A DNA stretch of 64,000 bases from a virus: positions 1-64,000 of the IMG/VR virus record IMGVR_UViG_3300042308_000216; one strand, given 5' to 3'. The position numbers and the translations under genes were made by a program. Below, one piece after another: positions 37,501 to 46,072 of this stretch (position 1 is the stretch's first letter; the number at the start of each line of letters is the position of its first letter). The notes under the pieces are model-generated. The model worked only from the letters and a program-made list of their open reading frames with translations, made no database searches and was not told the origin of the DNA.

Positions 37501-39309
37501 GTAAATAAAAGTACTACAGGTAATTACCTTGAACCTACTTTAGGTCCACTATTTACTAAGTTTTATAATATGTCTGATGGTGGGCTAGATTTTAATATGT
37601 ATACTCCTATTGATAATTTAAAATTTACACAATGGGGTACTCAATGTGAAATAGTGCAATTTGATTCTGCAAGGTCTTATCCAGATACAGCTAATGTTTA
37701 TGGAGATTTAGTACAATTTCCATTTTATTTAGCATCTTATGAAAGATTCTTAGCTAAACAATATGGTGGAGCTTCAAGGTCAGCTAGATATGGTAATCAG
37801 TATATACTTACAAATCACTTTATGCCTTATCCATCAATACCTGATGCTGTAATAAGAAATGATGTTTATGGTGGAGATACTTATGTTAATTATTTTGATT
37901 GGCAAAGATCTAATCCTAATGGTAGTGATGTAAGTGGATGGCCTGTTGAAACTGGCCCAAATGGTGTAGATGCAAACTACAGACCTACAGGAGTAGCAGT
38001 ATTCTTTCCAGCAGAATGTATTTTTAATGCAGATTTAAATACTTCTACTGCAGGACATGCATCAGTTAGACCTGATACAGCCCCAATGGATATAGCTAAC
38101 TATACCTATAATCCAGCAATGTCTCAACAAAATACAACTAATGTATTTGTATCAAAAGGATTTAATCAAACTAGTGTAGGTGAAGAACCACATACTATAT
38201 ATGGTTCAGATCCTAAAATAGATAATGAAAGGTCAGATGCTTGGAGAACATTGTTTATTAACAACTCTTTATCTGTTAATGGTAACTATGGTGAGATTAA
38301 TAGAATAGCACAATTTAAAGATAAGTTGTTTTACTATCAAAATGATGCTGTTGGTATAGCAGCAGTTGATGAAAGAATTCTTGAAAATGATGGTGATGTT
38401 AATCAAACTCAATTAGGTATTGGTAGACTATTACAGAGATATGATTATATAACTACAGAAACAGGATGCAAGCATTCTTTTGCTGTAGAGACTACAGGTG
38501 ATGGTATTTACCATTATGATTCTTTTATTAATAAACTATTTAAATATACATTAGGTAGATCAAAAGCAGACTCTGATGGTATGAATCCATTAACAGATAT
38601 TAAAGGATTAGTAGGTTTCTTTAGAACTGCATTTGTTGGTAGTACTCTTAAATCAGAAGATAAAATATTAAGAAAAGATAGTAGAGTAGGTATTGTATCT
38701 GGATATAATTCAGAATACAATACTGTATATTTTACTTTCTTTGATGAAGAAGAAGGTATTCAACATACTATATCTTATAATGAGTTAATGGATGCTTTTG
38801 AATCATTCTATGATTTCTACCCATCTATGTATCTAAATATGAGAAAAAGGTTTTTATCATTAGATCCAAATATTACTGGTAATGGTTATATGCATAATCT
38901 TGGGTTAAGAAATAATTTCTATGACCAATGGTTTCCATCAACTGTTAAGTTTAGAGTTAATGAAAATTCAGATCTTGTTAAAACATTTGATAACTTTCAG
39001 ATTAATACTGAAGTTATTATAAACAATTTACAAACTGCAAGAACAGTTACCTCTTATTCTATTTCTAATGACTATCAAATTATTCCAGAAATAGATGCTA
39101 ACTTTGTACAAAAGATAAGAAGTTGGAGAATGATTATTCCAAGAGACGAGACTAACCCTGCATTGACTATTAAACCTAGAATATCAGATAAGTATATGGA
39201 TGTTACATTTAATTATTATGATAGTAATGGTGGTTTAGGAGATGATATATTTAGACTACATGATGTAATAACAGAATATTCAATGAGAAGTAAAATTTTA
39301 CCTAAATAA
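34510..39309 (+). CDS. tail muzzle (stabilisation, P22 gp10-like) protein
   Basis: 1599 aa; KGLNSDLS..DAKNIR start, NRLFAAN, RGEVYRWGIVF, GGDTYVN, YGEIN motifs; synteny. Confidence 0.8.
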   Translation: MPASKNTWNKGLNSDLSKLKSQQDSYLDAKNIRVLTDEGTSSLAIENIKGTKLSFKLPQVQKTFKVDFTGVEGNVTVFIDRIDTIDGFVIQNAAGKSNQIIADELNTLIQASTLLYDNQYIKAYYNNNYIVIYDFLPQSEVDAGISGINVQTTPSASVIRTRAVYNHTILGWGYYNDNLVIISCDANSNSETPVGTEGFIWDVRYINQDNTISNPDGDYLNPLYHLKYAGKLDLSRQYAIYKHLKCRYESSEIIRLVWTDWNNNLRTCNIAEPQIWATPETVFSFLPVHAPQKPVVSRVILGGNLPVGKYQYFYQLYTEQGAVSTYSPLSNLIGLNAGDLSYAQNGGLQGQPAGKSTEITIINLDTNYSFIRLGYVIYQTADNPEAFWFFEDIVPQSGTYTTTHNGNENDIPIEPFSVITNLNKPPSIFKTIDVVRNRLFAANAKTIKFDMDGVFDTRAYRYTRVSKLAKLYNEQSDVFGFPSVLINGATNTVSIENVTQTGTFYEQLLAIPDSFDLINPFNNEDPTNDFNNNNWITNSQFKYQKDGLTIGGSGPNISYDFCIANNIAETGNFQPTGSPYLGPRLDYNGIYASEFNDTYTYAAGASQWLDTPKSPLIETLFTGYSRGEVYRWGIVFFDKYGFPSYANWIGDIKFPFSTDDNGNYGLTKETTGVNGSPFFLINDPTKVKRTYGTGPDPFNIFNITSNTDIILNGNFLWNYNAVNSNNTSSQFCDELNAAGIGLTATAVFPSVSNSPIMISGAPSGSTLSLYRHINQVGNSGSDLYLLSPTNPVETQQLGITFYLDTTTPQFQAIKDSISGWSYVRVKRDVVNSTKLGTGYLQPTFQLFNNSNAEDGLALIPYEKGYMSSYVRTGTSQLNSRWNYLASRVRAQNQVFVAPNFLTRSVGGFSQRDYIRFIGRTKVLPNAVKYWQEILSPDFNNYDPGNGGGVGSFMYYVKSNDFDYNYLDSGTTYPPSSIATTSNYLNVNSTWEVKARLWVNKSTTGNYLEPTLGPLFTKFYNMSDGGLDFNMYTPIDNLKFTQWGTQCEIVQFDSARSYPDTANVYGDLVQFPFYLASYERFLAKQYGGASRSARYGNQYILTNHFMPYPSIPDAVIRNDVYGGDTYVNYFDWQRSNPNGSDVSGWPVETGPNGVDANYRPTGVAVFFPAECIFNADLNTSTAGHASVRPDTAPMDIANYTYNPAMSQQNTTNVFVSKGFNQTSVGEEPHTIYGSDPKIDNERSDAWRTLFINNSLSVNGNYGEINRIAQFKDKLFYYQNDAVGIAAVDERILENDGDVNQTQLGIGRLLQRYDYITTETGCKHSFAVETTGDGIYHYDSFINKLFKYTLGRSKADSDGMNPLTDIKGLVGFFRTAFVGSTLKSEDKILRKDSRVGIVSGYNSEYNTVYFTFFDEEEGIQHTISYNELMDAFESFYDFYPSMYLNMRKRFLSLDPNITGNGYMHNLGLRNNFYDQWFPSTVKFRVNENSDLVKTFDNFQINTEVIINNLQTARTVTSYSISNDYQIIPEIDANFVQKIRSWRMIIPRDETNPALTIKPRISDKYMDVTFNYYDSNGGLGDDIFRLHDVITEYSMRSKILPK

Positions 39310-39311
39310 GC

Positions 39312-42300
39312 ATGGCAGAGAAAAATTCACTTTGGAAGAACATTAGAAATAAGGCTAAGCAAAACAGAGCCTCTGGTGCTACACCTAAAAAGCCTACTAC
39401 AGAAATGCTTAGGCAAGAAAGAAAGATTAGAGCTCAAAAAGCTGGTGGTGGACCAGTAAAAGAAAACCCATTGTATAAATCTAATGAAGATTATGCATAT
39501 AATCAATGGGTGCAATCTATGCCTGAAAACCTTAGACAAGAATCTCCAGGTTATAACATGAGAGGTGCTTGGGAAGGTGGGTTAGAACCTGAAATGTTTT
39601 ACAGAGATGAGCAAGGAACCTTTAGAACTGCTCATGAACCACATCCATTTAATCCTACATATGAACCACATTTAGGAAGTAGAAATCCTAATACTGGAGA
39701 AATATTAAAATCACCAGAACACCATACTTATGATATGGCTATTGAAGGTGATATTAGAGCAGGGTATACTCCAAGAGTAGATGCTAGAACAGGTACAATG
39801 TATTCAACTAATTCTAGTGATCCTACAACAGCAGGACCATTTAAAGAATATGCTACAGGAAGCTTTGTAGGTGAAGATGATGAACTTGAAAAGAAACTTG
39901 CTGACTTAAGAAAACAAGCAGCAAAACCTGCTAACAAAGTACCTACTGCACAAGAGAATTTTATTAATGCTACTAAAAATATTCCTAATTATAGTATGGA
40001 TCCTAATTACCAAGCTCCAGCTGTAGGAACTAATTACACTACTAAAGAAGAAATGTCTGCTAGACCTTACCCAGCATCTGGTAAAATAGATATTGATCCA
40101 GGAGCAGAGTTGTTGCCTTTTGCTGTTTTTGAAGCTATGAGTATTCCAGGACTAGTTAAAAACTATAAATATAACATGAATCTTTATAAAAATGCTCCTA
40201 CTATAGGTAATTTTAATATGGCACATCCAAGAAATTTAAAAAGAGCAAAAGATGCTTTAAATAAAGCTGCAATAATAACAGCATCTGAAACTGTGCCTGA
40301 ACTTATTAATGCAGCTGGAGGATATACTATAAATAATAATAAATCTATGAAAAATAATAATCAATCTTGGAAAGAGTATCTTAAGTATGCACAAGGTGGA
40401 CATACTAATCCATATAACCAATATCAGGATGACCAATATCTTCAATATGAAGTAGGTGGTAAAGTATGGAAAAACATTGCTGCAGGTTTATATGGAGCAG
40501 GTGAAGGTATATTAGATACTGTAACTATGGGAGCTACTGATGAATTAACTGATAAAGGATTTGAAGCTCTTAGTAAAGCAGGAAATAAAAACATAGATTT
40601 AAATAATCCTGATGATGTTAAGTTTTTAAAATCACAGCAAAAAGTTAAAGGTTATAGTAATGCAGCAGGTGCTATTGGTACTGCAGCAGTTACAGGTAAT
40701 GTTCAAGGTGCTATCAAGCAAGGTACTAAAGGATTGAATACTGCATTCCAAGCTACTGATGGTATGAGTGATGATTTTAAAAAATGGTCACAAGGAGTTA
40801 CTGGTGTTGCAGGAGTTGCTTCTGGATTTGCAGGAGGTATGAATTCAGATAGTTTTAATGCTGCTGCAAAAGCAGGAACAGGTGTTGCAGGCTTTGGGCA
40901 AAAAGTAGGTAAGTATTCACCATTAATAGGACAAGCTTCAGGATTTATTGGAGGTAATGACCAGCCACTTTGGCAACAAGGTCAAGCACAACAAGATACT
41001 TTAAATTCTCCAGATTATATTGCAGCACAAAGAGAAAAAAATGCATCTTATACAAACCAAGGATTAATGTATGGTCAAGGTGGAAACATGTCAAATAATT
41101 CATTAAATTTGCGTGACACTATGGGGTACAATAGATTTGCTCAAGGCGGTGCATTTAATCAATATGGAATAAATATGATTCCAGAATCTGCAGGATTGCA
41201 TCATCAAAGTGCTTATGGTGGTGTACCTATTGGACCTAATGCTTTAGCTGAAGGTGGAGAGATTAAAATGGATAATGGTGATGGTAGCCAATATATAGTA
41301 TCAGACCAAGTTGATGGTGCTGAAACTCAAAAAGATTTTACCTTTTCTAAAGGCGGTAAGTATAAAGAACTTAATAGAACTTTAGCTGATGGTATGAAAC
41401 AAGACCTTAACAAATATACTTATGGTTCATTAGCTACCAGTGATAGAGTTAAAGGTGATTTAAGAAGACCTAATGATTCTTACTCTCAAAGTACTGTAGA
41501 GCAAATTAAAAATAAGTGGCAACAGAAAACAGAATATGCTAGACAACGTAGTCAGCAAGAACAAGCTATTGCACAAGCAGAAGAACAAAAGAGAATGGCA
41601 GAAGAGCAGTACATAGCTGCTTATGGTGGTAGAATTAATCCTAAGAAATATCCAGGATTAAATATGACTAAAAAAGCTAAAGGTGGTTATGTTCATAATC
41701 AAATGATTCAACCTATGTTAGCTGAAGGTGGTCCATTATATGGAGACCCTGCATCACCATATACTTATGCAATGGGTGGAGTTGGAAATAGTATAAATAC
41801 AAATCAACCTAGTAATCAACCAAGATATACTTCTTGGGAAGATATGAGAACAAAAATGAATGCAGCTCAAGCAGCTAAACCTCAACTAACTTTAGATCAG
41901 CAAAGAGCACAAGATAGTCAAACTATGGGAAGAATAGGTCAGATATTTGATTCTTATAATCATCCTAATACACCTAATCTTGTTAGCAGTCCTAGACCTA
42001 TTAATTTCCAAGTACCAACTGGCTATGCTCAAGGTGGTATGTATGGTGACCCATATGCTAGAGGTGGTCAAATAGATTACACTAATGATATGTATAGTAT
42101 GTATGCAGGTGGTGGTCCAATGCCTAGTGATTTACCACAAGCATTTAATGGTCCTGCTGCACAGAATAGTAATGGTATGTATTTATACCCTGAAGGGGGT
42201 CCAGGTGTAATACCAACAGGCAATCCAATATACACACCAGATTCTGGAATAGAACAGTTTGCTCCTGATGCTTCTTGGCTTGATGGTGGTAATCAAGTAG

Positions 42301-44222
42301 CTGCTCCAGGAAATGTTGTTTCTTGGCCTTCATATCCTGAGACTTATGGAGATATGGAAGACCCTGAAGGAGTTTCTTTAAACATGCCTACTAATGACCC
42401 AAGAAATAGAAATAGACGTGGTTTTGATTTTGACTTTGATTTTAATTTAAGAGATTTAGGTAGAAAATGGAAACATAGAGGTAGAGGACATTCTAGTGGA
42501 AAACCTCAGAGTAGGAAATGGGGAGATACTATTTGTACTGTACATCCTGATGGTGGTTCAATATATTATGATTTAGGTGGTATTCTTCCACCAACTGGTA
42601 CACCTCCACCAACTACTGAATTTAATTTTGAACAAAATCCAAATTATTTAGTAACTCAAAAAGGACCAATACTTGCATCATCAGATACAACAGCTACACC
42701 TCAACCCCCAAAAGCTGCATACATTCAAAGACCATATATGAAAGGTCATAGTAGTAAATACTATAATTTATATAGTACTGATCCTGAAGAAAGAAAGAAA
42801 GCTTTATTAGCAAATAAAGCAAATAATGCAATGATTGATATTGAAAAAGGTAAAAGTACTGGTCCACAAAATCTGTTATCTACATTTACTAAAGCAGATG
42901 GTGGTATGATGCCTTCAGAACAACAAATGCAACAAGAACAACAAGGTGGTCAAGACCAAATGATGCAAATGGTTCAACAAGTTGCACAAGCAATTGGTGG
43001 TGGTGCAAACCCAGAGCAAGTTATGCAACAAGTTATGCAACAATTAGTACAAGCTGGAGCACCAGAAGAACAGGCAATGCAACAAGCACAGCAAATTGTA
43101 CAAGCTGCTATGCAAGAAGTACAAGGTCAGCAGCAACAACAACCTATGCAAGAAGGACAGCAAATGCCTCCTCAACAAGGTATGGCTAGAGGTGGTTACT
43201 TTAATGGTAAAAGACAATACTATACAGGTGGTACAGGTGGTACAGATGGACCAGTAAGACCTTTAACAATGCAAGAAGCTGTTGATGCAGGAGAATATAG
43301 TCTTTACCCAAAAGTTACTTCACGTACTGGTGAATTTGAAGACCAATTTTATAATACTAGTACTGGTCCAACTGGTTCAACTTTTGCATTTGCAAATAAC
43401 CAACCAGCTATTCAAGAAGAACAAGCTCCTATGAGTTTAAAACCTAATGTAGTTAATAATCAAAGTAACAGAGAAGAACTTTTAAATGTATTACCTACAA
43501 AAAAACGAGCAGAAGATAAATTAAAAGAAGATAAAAAGAAAGAAGATAAAAAAGATAATAAAACTAATACAACTACAACACAACAACAAACTCCAAAAGG
43601 TTCTAAAATGTCTGCTACTGATTTAGCTTTTATGGCTGCTCAATTAGCTGGACCTGCTTATCAATTCTTTCAAAAGAAACCAGAAGCTTTTCAATATAAA
43701 AAAGGAGAAGCTAAAACACTAGATTCTTCAACAGCTATTATGCTTGCTGACCAAGCTTTAAAAGAATCTGAAGCTGGAGCTGGTTATGCTATTAGACAAG
43801 CTGCTCCAACAGCAGGAAGTTATTTAGCTAACATTAGAGCTAATGCTTTAGACTTTGGTAAAAAACGTGGTGCAAGTTCAGCTGGTATTAGAGGTCAATA
43901 TGACTTACAAAATACAGGAATTCTAAATCAATTTGAGCAATATAATACTGAACTTGAAAACAAAGCTATTGATGCTATGCAGCAAGATCAAGCTAACTAT
44001 CAAGAACAAAGAACTAATGCTCTTTACAATGCAGGTGCTAATTTAGCAGGTATGCGTAAAGATTATAATGCTGGTGAGATTGATAAATTAATTGCTAATA
44101 ACATTGGTACTAGTAATTACAAATATGACCAAGCTAAGCAAACCATAACTTATAAAAAACCTGATGGTAAAGAAGTTACAATACCTGTATCAACAGTATT
44201 AGGTGGTAATACAACAACATAA
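39312..44222 (+). CDS. cargo/ejection protein 1 with about 20 xxxGG motifs
   Basis: follows the muzzle gene; Gly/Ala hydrophobic helices, HHQSAYGGVPIG..AEGGE motif, Q/M-rich low complexity. Confidence 0.7.
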   Translation: MAEKNSLWKNIRNKAKQNRASGATPKKPTTEMLRQERKIRAQKAGGGPVKENPLYKSNEDYAYNQWVQSMPENLRQESPGYNMRGAWEGGLEPEMFYRDEQGTFRTAHEPHPFNPTYEPHLGSRNPNTGEILKSPEHHTYDMAIEGDIRAGYTPRVDARTGTMYSTNSSDPTTAGPFKEYATGSFVGEDDELEKKLADLRKQAAKPANKVPTAQENFINATKNIPNYSMDPNYQAPAVGTNYTTKEEMSARPYPASGKIDIDPGAELLPFAVFEAMSIPGLVKNYKYNMNLYKNAPTIGNFNMAHPRNLKRAKDALNKAAIITASETVPELINAAGGYTINNNKSMKNNNQSWKEYLKYAQGGHTNPYNQYQDDQYLQYEVGGKVWKNIAAGLYGAGEGILDTVTMGATDELTDKGFEALSKAGNKNIDLNNPDDVKFLKSQQKVKGYSNAAGAIGTAAVTGNVQGAIKQGTKGLNTAFQATDGMSDDFKKWSQGVTGVAGVASGFAGGMNSDSFNAAAKAGTGVAGFGQKVGKYSPLIGQASGFIGGNDQPLWQQGQAQQDTLNSPDYIAAQREKNASYTNQGLMYGQGGNMSNNSLNLRDTMGYNRFAQGGAFNQYGINMIPESAGLHHQSAYGGVPIGPNALAEGGEIKMDNGDGSQYIVSDQVDGAETQKDFTFSKGGKYKELNRTLADGMKQDLNKYTYGSLATSDRVKGDLRRPNDSYSQSTVEQIKNKWQQKTEYARQRSQQEQAIAQAEEQKRMAEEQYIAAYGGRINPKKYPGLNMTKKAKGGYVHNQMIQPMLAEGGPLYGDPASPYTYAMGGVGNSINTNQPSNQPRYTSWEDMRTKMNAAQAAKPQLTLDQQRAQDSQTMGRIGQIFDSYNHPNTPNLVSSPRPINFQVPTGYAQGGMYGDPYARGGQIDYTNDMYSMYAGGGPMPSDLPQAFNGPAAQNSNGMYLYPEGGPGVIPTGNPIYTPDSGIEQFAPDASWLDGGNQVAAPGNVVSWPSYPETYGDMEDPEGVSLNMPTNDPRNRNRRGFDFDFDFNLRDLGRKWKHRGRGHSSGKPQSRKWGDTICTVHPDGGSIYYDLGGILPPTGTPPPTTEFNFEQNPNYLVTQKGPILASSDTTATPQPPKAAYIQRPYMKGHSSKYYNLYSTDPEERKKALLANKANNAMIDIEKGKSTGPQNLLSTFTKADGGMMPSEQQMQQEQQGGQDQMMQMVQQVAQAIGGGANPEQVMQQVMQQLVQAGAPEEQAMQQAQQIVQAAMQEVQGQQQQQPMQEGQQMPPQQGMARGGYFNGKRQYYTGGTGGTDGPVRPLTMQEAVDAGEYSLYPKVTSRTGEFEDQFYNTSTGPTGSTFAFANNQPAIQEEQAPMSLKPNVVNNQSNREELLNVLPTKKRAEDKLKEDKKKEDKKDNKTNTTTTQQQTPKGSKMSATDLAFMAAQLAGPAYQFFQKKPEAFQYKKGEAKTLDSSTAIMLADQALKESEAGAGYAIRQAAPTAGSYLANIRANALDFGKKRGASSAGIRGQYDLQNTGILNQFEQYNTELENKAIDAMQQDQANYQEQRTNALYNAGANLAGMRKDYNAGEIDKLIANNIGTSNYKYDQAKQTITYKKPDGKEVTIPVSTVLGGNTTT

Positions 44223-44233
44223 TAAAATAAGAT

Positions 44234-46069
44234 ATGAATAGATTTTACAAACCAACACCAAGAGAATATGTATCTACACATGTAGATATGCCTTGGGAGT
44301 TTTTACAAGGAGCTGCTGAAACAAAACAAAAAGGTTTTGATACTGCAGTAGCAACTGGAGATGCATCTGAAAAGTTATTAAACTTTAAAGTTGCTCCTGG
44401 AGATATTGAAAACTACAAAAAGAAAGTAGGTCAATATAATTCAGAAATTCAAGGAGCTACAGATTATTTATTTGAAACTGGTGACTATACTAATGCTAGT
44501 AGAAAATTAGTTGGCACTGTAAGAAATATAACTGCAGATACAGATATTAATGAGATGAAAGCTTTTCAAGCTAATTGGGAGAAAGCATTAGAAGAAAGAC
44601 AAAAAGACCCTGATTATAAAACTAGGTCTTGGTGGCAACAAGGTGAAGATTTAAATACAGCTACTTCTTGGAATCCTGAATTAGGTAGACACGTTAATAG
44701 ATCTATTGATACAGGATACAAATCACCAGATTTAAATAAAGACTTAAGAGAAACTTTTGGTACATTACATATGTCTAAATCAGAAACAGGTTATGATATA
44801 GTAAATGATGCAACAGGAGAAATAGAACATATAACTACAGGCGGTGGATCTATTACTCCAAAGTATATTGAATTTAGAGCAAAAACAATATTACCTAATT
44901 ATTTACAAACCGCTTCTGGAAAAGACCATATTATACAAGCACAAAAAGAAGGTTACACAGGAGATGCTTTAATGAAAAGAGCTTCTGAAATTGCATATAC
45001 TAATTTGTATAATCATGGATTACAACAAATACAAAGTGAATCAAAAAATATACGTAGAAAAGATTATCAACCTGAATGGAAAAGAAATGAAATATTAGGA
45101 AAAGTAGAAGCTGAGAAAAAATATATTCCTGATAGTTCTTTTGTAGTTACTAAAGAGCAAAAACCTATTACAACTAGTGATTTATTACCACTTGGTGCTA
45201 ACGCTAAAACTAATATGTTTGGTAGTGGAGATATTATGAAAATAAAATTTGCACCAAAAACTTTTAGTGATTTAGCTCCTAAATACAGAGCAACAGCTGA
45301 AGCTGCTTATAAAACTTTATATGGTGAAGTTAAATATAATGAAGTTAAATCTGGTAAAAAAGAGTTAACAACTGCTGATCTAAATAATTTTGTGTCTTAC
45401 TACAACAACCTTAATCTAGGTTTAAGAAGTAATACAAACACAGCATCAATTCCAGATGTAAAATTACTACATAATGATTTATTTGGGTTTAAAGAAGATG
45501 CAGTTCCAGGCGGTGTAATTGCATCAGGTGCAGGTAGAAATTATCCACCTAATACTAAAGTATATGATGTTATAAATAGTGAATGGACTACTTTAGGGCA
45601 AATTGAAACAGCAAATGGAGATAAAGCTATTAAATACACAGTAAATAAAGAATACGGATCTCACAATCCAATATATCAAATATCTGGTAAAGACCCTTAT
45701 TTTGCACAAGGTTATTCAATAGTTGGTACTCAAGGCAACAAAACTTTCCAATACATTTTACCAACTAATACTAAAAATGATGAAGCTACTATGGAAGCAG
45801 AAGTAAATAATGCTATATACAGTAGTGGATTACCTACGCATGTAAATTTATATAATCAAGATTATACTATTTTACACCAAAAAGGACCTAATGGAAAAGA
45901 TGCTTTTTCTTTAGTTGATGTTAATCCTACTAATGGATTAGTAAAACCACATTTGATTAATAATCAACCAGCTATATTTGAAACTCCAGAAGCTTTAATA
46001 GGTACTGTAGGAGCTGTTATACAAATGGCACAAGAAGCACAAGAGAAACAAGCAAAAAAAACTAAATAA
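44234..46069 (+). CDS. cargo/ejection protein 2
   Basis: NRFY..REYVSTHVDMPWEFL N-terminus resembles crAss cargo proteins; synteny. Confidence 0.6.
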   Translation: MNRFYKPTPREYVSTHVDMPWEFLQGAAETKQKGFDTAVATGDASEKLLNFKVAPGDIENYKKKVGQYNSEIQGATDYLFETGDYTNASRKLVGTVRNITADTDINEMKAFQANWEKALEERQKDPDYKTRSWWQQGEDLNTATSWNPELGRHVNRSIDTGYKSPDLNKDLRETFGTLHMSKSETGYDIVNDATGEIEHITTGGGSITPKYIEFRAKTILPNYLQTASGKDHIIQAQKEGYTGDALMKRASEIAYTNLYNHGLQQIQSESKNIRRKDYQPEWKRNEILGKVEAEKKYIPDSSFVVTKEQKPITTSDLLPLGANAKTNMFGSGDIMKIKFAPKTFSDLAPKYRATAEAAYKTLYGEVKYNEVKSGKKELTTADLNNFVSYYNNLNLGLRSNTNTASIPDVKLLHNDLFGFKEDAVPGGVIASGAGRNYPPNTKVYDVINSEWTTLGQIETANGDKAIKYTVNKEYGSHNPIYQISGKDPYFAQGYSIVGTQGNKTFQYILPTNTKNDEATMEAEVNNAIYSSGLPTHVNLYNQDYTILHQKGPNGKDAFSLVDVNPTNGLVKPHLINNQPAIFETPEALIGTVGAVIQMAQEAQEKQAKKTK

Positions 46070-46072
46070 GCT

